Below, piece by piece: positions 11,286 to 23,091 of a DNA stretch of 64,000 nt (positions are counted from its first letter, which is position 1; every line of letters starts with the position of its first letter). Both the position numbers and the translations under genes were made by a program. The stretch comes from Mantamonas sphyraenae STR306 (lineage: Eukaryota > Protista > CRuMs): positions 124,001 through 188,000 of the forward strand of contig JAPMXV010000055.1 in NCBI GenBank assembly GCA_026936335.1, written 5' to 3'. The notes under the pieces were generated by a model. It worked only from the letters and a program-made list of their open reading frames with translations, searched no databases and had not been told where the DNA came from.

Positions 11286-12929
11286 ATGGCGACGGCGGAG
11301 ACGAAGGATGGTGGTGGGCTGTTGACTCCGTTTGTGCGACTGGTGCAGAACAACCGGACATACCGCCGCATGTGGCTGGCGTACCTGGTGTCCATCGCGG
11401 GGGACTGGCTGAACTACATTGCGACCTTGCGGGTCATCAGTCTGGCCTCCAACAACAGCGGCATCCTCCTTGCAGTCTATCTCATCCTGCGGCGATTCCC
11501 TCCGTTTCTGTGGAATCCGGTCGTCGGCGTGCTGGCTGACACGATGCCGCGACTGCTCCTGATGATGTTGGCAGATTTTGCCCGGATGTTCCTCGTTCTC
11601 CTCCTTCTCTTCACCACCGACGATCCATCCCTCCTCTGGCTCCTCTTTGTGGTCATCTTTTTCGTGTTTTCGGCCGCAGCGCTGTTTGACCCTTCGCGCC
11701 AGGCCATGATCCCAATGGTGGTGGCCAAGGAGGAGATCACCACGGCCACCGTTCTCGACAACGTCACACGCTACAGCATGCTCTTTCTCGGCTCTATGCT
11801 CGGCGGTGTGATCACCTCCTTTGTGGGAGTCGAGGTGGATTATGTGATCAATTCGGCGCTGTATGTGGCGTCGCTGTGGCTGCTGTACCTGGCAGGCCGC
11901 GACGATCCGCGCCTAGCTTTTCGAACTCGCCTCTTTGGTCGCACCATCACCGTCGGCGACGTGCAGCGCAGCACAGAGCTGCGCTCTCTGAGTGAAGATG
12001 GCCTGGACAACGAGGAAGACGAGGAGGACGACGAGGCAGACCAGGACGAGGAAGACGAGGACGGAGACGAGGTCCGCAAGTCGGACATTCCGGCGAACGG
12101 CGCCGACAAGGCCGAGCAAAGCATGGGAGCCAAGATCGTCGCTGGGTGGGGGTTGTTTGTACATGGCTATCACTTTCTGCGTCGCAATCGCTACCTGCTG
12201 GCTGTGACGTGCACCAAGGGTCTGCTGGCCGCGAGCGGCGTGTTCAATCTCATCAACGTCGTGCTGCTCGAGACACGGCTCAAAATCGACGGCGACGAAA
12301 CAGGGTCGCTATCTCTCGCACTGCTCTATTCCATCATTGGCGTGTCCACAGCCACGGTGCCTGTGATCATGCGTCGTGTCACGCCGCCGACCATGCGCGG
12401 GCGCGAGTACGCCATGCTGTACAGCTTTCTCGTGGCGTGCATCGGCTCATTCATGGTGGCTTTTGCCCAAGAGCCGGCACTGTTCTTTCTGGGCAACTTT
12501 GTGCGTGCCAGCGGCGTCAGTGTGGGCTGGTCCTTTTCCACCGCCCAGTTGCAGGCCACCTGTCCCACCGAGTATGCTGGGCGCGTGTTTGCCTTTGACC
12601 TCGCCATCTTCACTCTCATGTACACCGTGGGCGTGGGCGCCACGGGCCTCATCATCGACATCTTTCAACTCGATCCACAAGGCGTGGCCATTGGGGCCGC
12701 CACGTACTGTGCCATTGCCGCTGTCCTGGTGACCACTTACATTGTGCGTTTTGCCCATGCCGACCGCACACGGGCCATGCGCAACGGCGTCATTCAGGCC
12801 GACGACGGCGTCAAACTCCTGTCCAAGACAACCGACGACCGATCTCGCACAGCTGCCGCGCACCCATCGGACGAAGACAATGGCGACGGGACAAGCGATG
12901 CGCAGCTTGAGAGTGGCAAGAAGGCGTGA
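11286..12929 (+). CDS. MFS transporter resembling bacterial DHA3/MFS_3 efflux proteins; intronless
   Basis: YRRMWLAYLVSIAGDWL, GVLADTMPR, LFDPSRQAMIP, YAGRVFA; about 12 TM segments with an acidic central loop. Confidence 0.85.
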   Translation: MATAETKDGGGLLTPFVRLVQNNRTYRRMWLAYLVSIAGDWLNYIATLRVISLASNNSGILLAVYLILRRFPPFLWNPVVGVLADTMPRLLLMMLADFARMFLVLLLLFTTDDPSLLWLLFVVIFFVFSAAALFDPSRQAMIPMVVAKEEITTATVLDNVTRYSMLFLGSMLGGVITSFVGVEVDYVINSALYVASLWLLYLAGRDDPRLAFRTRLFGRTITVGDVQRSTELRSLSEDGLDNEEDEEDDEADQDEEDEDGDEVRKSDIPANGADKAEQSMGAKIVAGWGLFVHGYHFLRRNRYLLAVTCTKGLLAASGVFNLINVVLLETRLKIDGDETGSLSLALLYSIIGVSTATVPVIMRRVTPPTMRGREYAMLYSFLVACIGSFMVAFAQEPALFFLGNFVRASGVSVGWSFSTAQLQATCPTEYAGRVFAFDLAIFTLMYTVGVGATGLIIDIFQLDPQGVAIGAATYCAIAAVLVTTYIVRFAHADRTRAMRNGVIQADDGVKLLSKTTDDRSRTAAAHPSDEDNGDGTSDAQLESGKKA

Positions 12930-13006
12930 CGACCAACCACCAACGTGTGAGCGTGTGTGTGTGAGCGAGCCGAACCCAAACAAAACCACTTGTCTTCCCT
13001 CCCCGA

Positions 13007-14234
13007 ATGGTGTTCACCCAGGTCATCGGCGGCTCACATTTCCTGTCCAATGAGGGCTACTGGGGGCCTGTGACCTCCACCATGGACTGGTGCGAGGTAA
13101 GCCATTGCGTCTTTAAAGTCGCCGCCTGGTTTGTCGCGAAAATTCACACCGACCCCTGCGCATGCCATCGCACAGCCGAACTACATCGAGTCGCCATATG
13201 TGGCCGAATTTTACAACACAATGAGCAATGTGTGGCATATCTACCTGGGCTGCCTGGGCTTGATGCAAGCTGCGCGTTTCCGCTGTGAGTTGCGTTTTTC
13301 AAGCGGAAACTTTTCACCGGCCGATGACGAGAACTTTCCAGGGACCGGCCTACCGTCTTGCCTGGGCTCGTTGCTGTTGCACAAGGCGCCCACGCGGGAT
13401 ACACAGCCTTTTGTGCTGTGACTGCATGGTGTGCGCCACGCAGATGCGCGCCACAGCGACGGGGCATGGAGAGAGAAGAGAAGGAGGAGAAAGAACACCT
13501 GGGTTTTTACAAATCAGAGCTGCGCGAGAGAGGAGGAATTCATCTGACACGGAACACCACGACAATGCACGGCATGTGATTGCACAGATGACATGCGTTT
13601 CAGCGTGGCCTACTTTACCATTGTGGTGATGGGTCTGGGGTCGATGCTGTTCCACGGCACTCTCTCATGGCGTGGCCAGCTTGCGGACGAGCTTCCCATG
13701 GTGTACAGCGTCCTCAGCTACTGCTACATCACGCTTGAGTACAAGCGCACTCAGCAGTACCCGGGTCTGCCGGGCTTGTTGGCCACTCTGGCCCTTATTT
13801 TCACGGTGGCATACTCGCTCATGCCCATCTACTCCCTCTTTCTGGCTGCCTTTGCCGTGCTCGTCATCTTTGCCCTCGGCAGCGCCACCTACATTGCTTG
13901 GAACGACGAACAGGTGCTTCCCATGCTCTTCCTTTCCATGGGCTACCTCGCCTTTGCCAAGGTCCTGTGGCTTGTGGACAACTCCTTCTGCGTTCAGGTC
14001 GAGTGGCTCAAGCTCCACGCCATGTGGCACCAGCTCTCTTCCATGGCGGGCTACGTGTGGATCACAGCCATGCTGCTGTGGCGCCAGAAGCACGTCCACG
14101 CCACGCCTGGTGAGAGCATCCGCCTCCGTTTCTGGTGCTACGTCTTCCCTCTCGTCGAGGTGTTTGACACACGCAAGAAGAACGACGACGAGGCACGCGC
14201 CGCCTACAGCACACCCAGCTACGGCAAGGCGTGA
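13007..14234 (+). CDS. Alkaline ceramidase (ACER3-like); introns 13097-13175 and 13285-13587
   Basis: GYWGPVTSTMDWCE|PNY, AEFYNTMSN, GSMLFHGTL, QLADELPM, LHAMWH. Confidence 0.92.
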
Positions 14235-14298
14235 TGTGCTTGTGTGTCGGTGGTGGAAGACGTGGAGATCGCTGTGAACGTGAACAACTCACCCCCTC

Positions 14299-14342
14299 AC
14301 CCCTCTGCCGGCACCCACACACCCCTCTGCCGGCACCCACAC
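14299..14342. repeat. Two tandem copies of a 22-nt unit ACCCCTCTGCCGGCACCCACAC
   Basis: Exact direct duplication in the ceramidase/MscS convergent spacer. Confidence 0.8.
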
Positions 14343-14422
14343 GCACTGTCTATCAACCAATCAACGCTGCTCTCACCCCAAACACATCATGCATTATGTG
14401 AGATCGTCACCCATTTCCATCA

Positions 14423-15349
14423 TCAAACACGCTGTTGCACCAAGAGCGCCTCGTTGCTCGTGTCACGTCCGTCGTCCTCGTCATGAGTGCTCAGCTCATC
14501 GCCGCTATCCAGCGTGGGCACGTCGTATTCCTTGCGCATAAGAATGGCCCCCAGCACCAGGGAGTTGGGCACCATTACTGTCGCGCTGCCCGTCAGACCG
14601 CGCACCTCGTCCGAGTGCTTCGTGCGCAACGTCGTGTAGCGCAGCTGCATATCCACCACGTTCCCCTCCACAATCTGGTTCATGGACGGGTACAGCAGTG
14701 CCACGTTGTCTCCAATGTCGATCGGCCTGTTCCACAGCAGGTTCACTCCGGCCAGAATATGGCTCAGAGTGTCCTTCAGCGCCAGCGACACAGCCAGCGC
14801 AAGGATACCCGCCGAAAACACAAGCGACGTAATGTCCAGGCCCACTGCACATACACGCAAACCCACACACGTACACGCACACATTCCCACCACAGCATGC
14901 CATGTGACCCTCCCCCGTGTCAGTTTGTGGTCGTCCCACCGTCCACACCCGCACTGCGCAAACTCGCGCGAATTTTTTTGCGCCGGGAACTTTCCGGCTG
15001 CTCTAGCTGCCGCTGCACGCAGCGTACATCGTCTCCACACCATGCCAACCCATCCACGCAGCCACTTACAAGCGTTCAGGGCCATGATGATGCCTGCGAA
15101 CCACACGGTGGCGCGCACGCAAGAACCCACGAGTTCCTCAAGTCGCGAGTCTGCGTTCTTCCGGCGACGGACCTTTCGCATCGCACTCTTGACCGCGCGC
15201 ACAAGAATCAACGACACCAGCCACGTCAGCACCAGGATGCCCAGTGCCAACAAAAGGTGGGGCACCAGTACAAGCACGATAAACTCGCCCACCGTCATCG
15301 GTGAAGCATTTGCAGAAGGCCAGGCAGTTGAACCAGAAGACGACGACAT
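14423..15349 (-). CDS. Small-conductance mechanosensitive channel (MscS family); probable intron 14845-15069
   Basis: SAGILALAVSLALKDTLSHILAG, PIDIGD, EGNVVDMQLRYT, VPNS. Confidence 0.87.
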   Translation of the reverse strand: MSSSSGSTAWPSANASPMTVGEFIVLVLVPHLLLALGILVLTWLVSLILVRAVKSAMRKVRRRKNADSRLEELVGSCVRATVWFAGIIMALNACKWLRGWVGMVWRRCTLRAAAARAAGKFPAQKNSREFAQCGCGRWDDHKLTRGRVTWHAVVGMCACTCVGLRVCAVGLDITSLVFSAGILALAVSLALKDTLSHILAGVNLLWNRPIDIGDNVALLYPSMNQIVEGNVVDMQLRYTTLRTKHSDEVRGLTGSATVMVPNSLVLGAILMRKEYDVPTLDSGDELSTHDEDDGRDTSNEALLVQQRV

Positions 15350-15407
15350 TTTCCTTGCTTTTTGTTGCAGGGGGTGGCGCAGGCTCCAGAAAGCCCTTTT
15401 GAACCCT

Positions 15408-18331
15408 TCATTTCCGGTATCGTTTCTTGAACATGCTGTGTCGCTGGTCGTTCTGGTCTCGCTTCTCCTTGGCCGTCTTCTTCTTCCGCATCCCTTTCGT
15501 GTCGTACTCGCGGTACATCATGCCCGACCCGCCGCTCAGCGACTTGAGGGATCCCTTCTTGCGCCTCAGATGCGACCCTCCGTATGCCTCTTCGTACCCG
15601 TCCATTTCGCCGTCGTACACCATCTCGGTCCGTGCGTCTTCGGCTCGCGCGCGCAGCACCTTGGTCAGCAGCTTCTGCTGCTCCTCCTTGCTGCTCAGAC
15701 CCAGCGATGAATCATTGGCTTCTGTCAGCTCCGTCACAATGTTGAACGCATAGCCTTGGTTCACCAGGAACTGTTGCCGCCTGCGACTGAACGCAACCTC
15801 CTTTGTGTCCTTGCTCACCAGCGTGTAGAAGAACGCATTGTACTTCTCCCCTTCAATGCGTGCCTTTTTACGGTTGATTCGTCCCAGTCGCTGCGCTTCT
15901 TGTCGTCGCGACCCAAAGTGTGCGCTCACCTGGATGATCACGTTGGCATCCGGCAGATCGATGCTGTTGTCTCCCACCTTGGAGATGATCACTGTTTTGC
16001 AGTTGGGGTTGTTCGAAAAGTCGCTCAGGATCCGCATGCGTTCCTTTTGCGGTGTTCCGCCGTGGATGGCAGGCACGTTCAGCCGCTCCTCGTACTCGCT
16101 CACCGCAAACCGCGAGTCCGAAAAGATGATGATGCGGTGGTTCTGGCTCTCGTGGAACCGCACCAGTGCTTCGCAGTGCCGGAACTTGTTGGGGTTCATG
16201 ATCCACAGCAGCTTCTTTGTGTGTGAATTGCTCTTTTCCAGGTATGCCTGGTAGAACTCGGGTGTCATCGGCACAATCACCTCTGAGCACAGCACGTTGG
16301 CAATGTGGCCTTCCTTCACAAGATCAATCCAGTTGGCCTCGTACAACTTTGTGCCGACCAGAAAATTCAGATCCTGCTCCTTCTGGTCCTCGCGCACCAG
16401 CGTCGCCGTCAGGCCCAGCTTGCAGTGCGACTTGAGCGAGATCAGCGTCTTGCGAAACTCTTCCGCCGGAATCACGTGCACCTCGTCCAGAATGATCAAG
16501 CCCCACTCTTTGCTCGTCATCCTCTCCATCACCTGTCGCGTGGCGGTCGCTCGCTTGTCGCGGTTTGCCACCATGCTGTATGTCGTGATGATCACACCGT
16601 CGTAGTCTGCGTCCACATTCTTGCTGTCCGACGTGAACGTTTCCACCTTGTGGTCGGGGATGTCTGTCCACAGCTTGAACTGTGCCTTCCACTGGGCCAC
16701 CGCCACGCTGCTGTAGCACAACACAATGGTGCTCTTTTTGATCGTCTGTGCTGCCGTCACACCCACCAGCGTCTTGCCGGCGCCGCACGGAAGCACAATC
16801 ACCCCCGACCGCGCCCTTCCGTCACCAAACATCTTGGCCAGGCAGTTCACCTGGTAGTCCCTCAGTTTCGTCGTCGGTTTCAACTCGATCGGCAGGCTCG
16901 GGTTCACTGTGTCGTTGTGAAAGTCGTACTCCTCCATCGCCGTCAGGTCGATTTCGCGACACCGTTTCTTCACCACCTGTACCTTGCTTGCGTCAATCTC
17001 AAACTTCTTGAACTGTGTCGTCAGGCCCTCCAGCCCGCTGGATTCGTTCCTTATCTCCTCCTCAATTGCATAGACGTCGTCCAGGTCGTCTTGCACAAGC
17101 GACACATCCTCCTGCGAGGACGACGAGGATGATGATGAGGAGGAGGAGGATGATGATGATGAGGAGGAGGACGTGGAGCTCGTCGTGTCCTCTTTGAGGG
17201 CATTCATGCGCTTCAACACCTCGACAGACATGCCCTGGATCCGGATGTTGCTGGCCTGGGGCATTTCGCTGTCCACCACATCGCTGGTGACCTTGCACTC
17301 GCTGATCACTTCGTCCTGCAGCAGCCGCTGCAGCACTTCCGGGTCGGCCGATTCCAGAAAGTAGCGGTTCTCCTGCAGCACCAGCTTCACCTTGCCGTAG
17401 CTCTCGGTCACACGCTTCACAAACTGCTCCACAACCTCGGGCAGCTCATTCTTTGACAGCATACGCAGACTGCGGATGATCTCCTCCGTGTGCATCCCGA
17501 TCGACACCGCTGCATACAGGGAGAACTGGGTGATCTTGTACTCGTGCATCAGCTCCGGCCGCGACACAGGCTCTGCAATGGCAATGAGAAACTCGTAGGC
17601 CTGTTTGTACACAGGAGAAAACGTCTCGAGGAAGATATGCCCGTTGGGGCACACGTACACCGAGCGCCGTGCGTGGTCGCGTCGCAACACGAGGTCGTCG
17701 TACGCAAGGTACTGCACCTCCACTCCCTTCTCAAACAGATGCCGCTCGTCCTCGTCAGCACTCGCATCCGAAAGCTGCTCCAAATGATAGTTAAACTCGT
17801 CGTCGTCGTCGTCGTCGTTGCCGCCTCCATTGCCCTTGCCCGACGATCGCTTTCCGCTGCTCTTGCGTCCACCGGCCTTCTTGCCGCTCTTGCCGGCCTT
17901 GGCCTTGCCTTTGCCCTTGCTCGGAGTACCAGTGCGCCGTTTCTTACGCTGCTTACCCTTTGCTGCCTTGGAGGTGTCTGAATTCTCGCCCTCCACCAGC
18001 GACAGGTCGTCTTCATCCAAGGCGTCTCCATCGCCGTCCTCCCACTCTTCGTCTGCCCCGTACTCGTCTTCCTCGTCCTCATCCCCGTCTTCCTCTTCAT
18101 CAAAGTAATCTGTGCTTAGGGCGACACGCAGTACACGTGTCCCACACACCACCCACACGCACACGATGCAAAAAGGCGCGGTCAGTTCATGCTCGAGACC
18201 TCGCGAGGAGGCCACCCTCACTCCTCGTGTCACCGACTCGGGACCTTGCACCTACCGTCATCCTGCTCGCCAATTTCCTCCACCAGGCCGTCCTCGTCCT
18301 CTTCGTAGTCAGCACGCGTGCGTTTGGACAT
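15408..18331 (-). CDS. ERCC3: TFIIH helicase/translocase XPB; intron 18110-18255
   Basis: FLIAIAEPVSRP, RSGVIVLPCGAGKTLVG, LDEVH, LGLTATLVRED, GSRRQEAQRLGRI. Confidence 0.96.
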
Positions 18332-18372
18332 TTGAGGATTCGCTGGCTCCGTGTGCGGCCTCTGCCCCAATC

Positions 18373-18625
18373 ATGGACGAACGCAACTTTTCAGACCTCG
18401 AGGATGAGTTTCAGGACTCGCTGAGGCATGACCAGCAGCTGGACATGTACAAGAAGGATGTGCACTGGACCTCGGCCTTTGCCAACCGTGTCATCTACTC
18501 GCCCGTCTACGGCGGCTTCTACATCCTCGTCCTCCTCCTCGGGCTCGTCACCATGATCTGGACCCTGTCAGAAGAGGGCTCTGGCACAGCTCGCCAGAAT
18601 CTATGGTGCGTTGATTGGCTTGCCC

Positions 18626-18665
<40 letters not shown>

Positions 18666-19145
18666 GCGTTCTTTCTCACCGTCGATTCCTGTGCTTCGCG
18701 TGCGCTGACTCTCCATCTGGCCCTCTGCTGCCTCCATGCGGCTTCCACACCCGACAACACGGCTGAACCTCGTGGATACCACCTCCACAGGTGGGTGGTT
18801 GTCATCGACGTGTTTGTCAACGCTGTGCTCACTGCCGAAATCGCCATCCGCATCCATGCCAAGGGCGCCGAGTTTTGGGAACACAAGAGCAACGTATTTG
18901 ACTTTGTGGTCACCATGCTGGCCCTCCTGGCCCTCATCATCTTCTTTTTTGACACCTCGGTCGACTGGCTCAACGGAATCTTTGTCGTCGTCCGCTACGG
19001 AGCCCAGCTCGCTCGCCTCGCCCTCTTCTGGAAATACCAACGCCGCCGCTCGCGAACAAAGCAGCAGGTGGTCGACTTTACCTCCCTTCCCAATGAGGAC
19101 GATGAGGACATGGACCAGCCCTTCATGTCGAGCTACGACCGATGA
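18373..19145 (+). CDS. Stand-alone voltage-sensor-like (S1-S4) membrane protein without pore; intron 18606-18790
   Basis: S2 EIAIRI, S3 NVFDFVV, S4 RYGAQLARL; stop follows with no S5-P-S6. Confidence 0.72.
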
Positions 19146-19227
19146 CAAAATGATCACATTTGCAATGAATGCCGCCTCGTCCCCCCTTTCCCTGCCAAGA
19201 CAAGCCTTTTCTCCACTCCACACCGCT

Positions 19228-22200
19228 ATGTCTTCCTCCTCCAGCTCTGCCTCCTTTGAGGAGGTTACAGAGTGTCTCTACGACGGCGAGGAGCTCGAAC
19301 GGCCCATCAACACCGTCAAGGTGCGTTGTCTGAGCGTGTGCCCGGGCTCGCATTCGCCGGAAGCGGCCCTTCTCCGCGCTGCTGATGCTCACCCACACCT
19401 GCTGCTCCCCTTCCTCCCCGCTCTTGCTCACAGGACAAGTGGAAGCTGCTGCCTGCGTTTCTCAAGGTGCGCGGTCTTGTCACGCAGCACATCGACTCGT
19501 ACAACTACTTTATCACCGAAGGCCTGCGTCGCATCCTCGCCGCCAACAGCGAAGTGCGCTCAGACGTCGACCCGCAGTTTTTCCTTCGGTACGTGCCACG
19601 CACCGCCTTCCGATGTGCCCGCCTTTCCGCAACAATTCCGCCCAACGATCTGCCTTGCACACATGCACATACGTGGGGCGTCCTACCGCGTCCATGTGGA
19701 TGCCCGTTTGGCGTCGACAGCTTTTGGTGATCACTGGCTGCAGCTGACACCGTTCGCTGGCCCTCTCTGCTTGCCCTGCGGCGCTGCTCCGTCGTCACCT
19801 GACCCCACACTCGCACAGATACACAAACATTCGCGTGGACAAACCCATGTTCTACGACGACATGGTGATGACGCGCATCACGCCGCAGGAATGCCGCCTG
19901 CGCGACACGTCGTACTCGGCAGAAATCCTGGTGGACTTTGAGTACACACGTGCAGGACGTGTGGTGCAGATGCAGGGCCACTCCATCGGTCGTATGCCTG
20001 TCATGCTGCGCTCGCGCGCCTGCTGGCTCACGGGCAAGTCGGACACCGAACTGGCCGAGATGCAGGAGTGCCCCATGGACCCAGGAGGGTACTTTGTCGT
20101 GCGCGGCGCCGAACGCGTCATGCTCATCCAGGAGCAGCTGTCCAAGAACCGCATCATCCTGGAGATTGACACCAAGGGCATGCTCAACTCGTACGTCATC
20201 TCCTCCACCAACGAGCGCAAGAGCCGCACAACCATGATCCTCAAAAAGGGCCGTTTCTACGTGGTACACAACAGCATCGACGCAGAGGTACCCATGGTGC
20301 TCATGATGAAGGCCATGGGCATCGGGAGCGACCAGGAACTCGTGCAGCTCGTTGGCACAGACAACATCTTTGTCGACGGCCTGTACGCCTCCATGGCCGA
20401 GGTGCACGACATGGGGATTCAAACTACGGCCGAAGCCTTGCAGTGGATTGGTTCCAAGCTCAAGTATGCACGTGCTACACGCGCGTCGCAGAGCCGCCGT
20501 TCCGAGGCCGACGAGGGCGAGAGCGTGCTTGCCTCGCTGATTCTGCCTCACCTGCCCACGTACCGCTCCGACTTTCGTCCCAAGGCCATCTACATGGCAT
20601 TGATGGTGCGCAAGATGATTCTGGCGCAGAACGACCCGTCGACCATCGACGACCGCGACTACTATGGTAACAAGCGCCTGGAGCTGGCAGGCACCCTGCT
20701 CAGCCTCATGTTTGAGGACCTGTTCAAGCGCTTCAACAAGGAACTCAAGAAGCAGGTGGACAGCACGCTGAGCAAACAGAACCGCGTGTCGCAGTTTGAC
20801 GCAGTGACCAAGATGCGCGCAGATATCATCACCAACGGCCTTCAGACGGCCATCAACACAGGCAACTGGCGCATCAAGCGCTTCCGCATGGACAAGGTTG
20901 GTGTGACGCAGGTTTTGTCACGCCTCTCCTTCATTTCTGCACTGGGCATGATGACGCGCATCAATTCGCAGTTTGAAAAGAGCCGCAAGGTGAGTGGGCC
21001 TCGTGCCCTGCAGCCGTCGCAGTGGGGCATGCTGTGCCCGTGCGACACTCCAGAGGGCGAGTCGTGTGGCCTGGTGAAGAACCTGGCGCTGATGACACAC
21101 ATCACCACCGACGACCGCGAGGAACCAATCATCTCGCTGGCCAAGCACTTGGGTGTGGAGGATATCTGTCACTACTCGGGCCAAGAGTTTTTACAAGCGC
21201 AACGTGGCGTTGGTGTTTGTGGCCGGGCAAATTCTGGGCATTCACCGAAAACCACACAAGCTCGTGGCCAGCATGCGCCGAGCACGCAGGGCTGGCCTCA
21301 TTGGCGAGTTTGTCTCTGTGTACTTTGACGAAACGCATGCGTCGATCCACGTGACGTGTGACAGCGGACGCGTGTGCAGGCCGCTGATTGTGGTCAACAA
21401 GGGCGTGCCCATGGTCACTCAGGAGCACATTCAAGATCTGACCGATGGCGTGCGCTCCTTTGAGGACTTTCTGCACGAGGGCCAGATTGAGTATCTGGAC
21501 GTCAACGAGGAGAACAACAGCAACATTGCATTGTACGAAAGCGAGATCCAGCCCGAAAGCACGACGCACGTGGAAATCGACCCGCTGACCATCTTGGGCG
21601 TGTGTGCAGGGCTCATTCCCTATCCGCACCACAATCAGTCGCCGCGTAACACATACCAATGCGCCATGGGCAAGCAGGCGATCGGGACGATTGGATACAA
21701 CCAGCTGAACCGCATCGACACGCTGCTGTACCTGCTGGTGTACCCGCAAAAGCCGATGATGAAGACAAAAACCATTGAGCTGATTGGATTCGACAAGGTG
21801 CCCGCGGGCCAGAATGCCATGGTGGCTGTGATGAGCTACAGCGGATACGACATCGAAGATGCCATTGTGGTGAACAAGGCGTCGCTGGACCGTGGCTACG
21901 GACGCTGCATTGTGCTTCGCAAGCAGGTGGACTCTGTGAAGCTGTACAAGAACGGGTCGCAGGACGAGATCCACGCGCCGCCGCCAGACACGTCGTCGCG
22001 CGGCGCGCAGCCGTTTCGCGCGCTGGACAGGGACGGACTGGTGCAGAGTGGTGCACGCGTGTACAACGGCGACGTGTTGGTGAACAAGTATGCGCCGATG
22101 AACACCCAGGACACGATGTCGTCTGCTGCGGAGCGAGCCAACATGAAGCCGCAGCCGATGCGGTACCGCGGCGCAGTGCCGTCCATGGTGGACAAGGTGA

Positions 22201-22987
22201 TGATTACGTCGAGCGAGCAGGAGCGTTTCCTGATCAAGGTGTTGCTGCGTAGCACGCGGCGGCCAGAGATTGGCGACAAGTTTAGCAGCCGACACGGACA
22301 GAAGGGCGTGTGCGGTCTGATTGTGGAGCAGGCCAACATGCCGTTTACAGACCAGGGCATCTGTCCGGACATGATCATGAATCCGCACGGCTTCCCGTCG
22401 CGTATGACAGTGGGCAAACTGATCGAGCTGTTGGGCGGCAAGGCGGGCGTGTGCGAGGGCAAGCTGCACGACGCAACAGCGTTTGCGGGCGACAAAGTGA
22501 GCGCCCTGAGCAAGATTCTGGTGGACTTTGGATACAACTACGGCGGCAAGGAGTTCTTGACGAGTGGGATCACAGGCGAGCCACTGTCGTGCTACGTGTT
22601 CTTTGGGCCCGTGTACTACCAGAAGCTGAAGCACATGGTGATGGACAAGATGCACGCACGCGCGCGTGGCCCTCGCCAGACGATGACGCGACAGCCGACG
22701 GAAGGCCGCTCGCGTGCAGGAGGGCTGCGTCTGGGCGAGATGGAACGTGACTGCCTGATTGGATACGGTGCATCGATGCTGCTGACCGAGCGTCTCATGT
22801 TGTCCTCGGACAAGTTTGAAGCACACGTGTGCAAGTCTGCGGCATCCTCGGGTACAAGAACTGGTGCCAGAATTGCCGTTCGCCGGTGAACATGGTTGCG
22901 CTGACCATGCCCTACGCCTGCAAGCTGCTGTTCCAGGAGCTGCAGAGTATGAATGTGATGCCACGGCTGCAGGTGGAAGAGAGTTAG
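19228..22987 (+). CDS. POLR3B: RNA polymerase III second-largest subunit; introns 19321-19433 and 19589-19818; apparent frameshifts at 21188-21192 and ~22833
   Basis: [70 protein letters not shown]. Confidence 0.95.
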
Positions 22988-23091
22988 AGGGCGTGTATGT
23001 GTGTGTGTGTGTGTCACGGCAAGGGACGAAGAAACGTTTGTGTGTCCATTGATGAAGACATTGACGGTCTCTGGTCTCACTTGGTGGCTGT

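Noticed and set aside
14985-14995. NF-kB-like site GGGAACTTTCC in the MscS intron
   Set aside because: Single short match with no supporting context
14845-15069. In-frame stop-free introns (also 3580-3687 and 33970-34179) as protein insertions or inteins
   Set aside because: Each has GT-AG ends and interrupts a conserved domain; three cases among roughly 35 introns is not clearly above chance
19228-22987. POLR3B, CSTF1 or the LRR genes as pseudogenes or programmed-frameshift genes
   Set aside because: Indels go in both directions, share no slippery motif and mostly sit in short homopolymers; no other decay is visible, so assembly error is more likely
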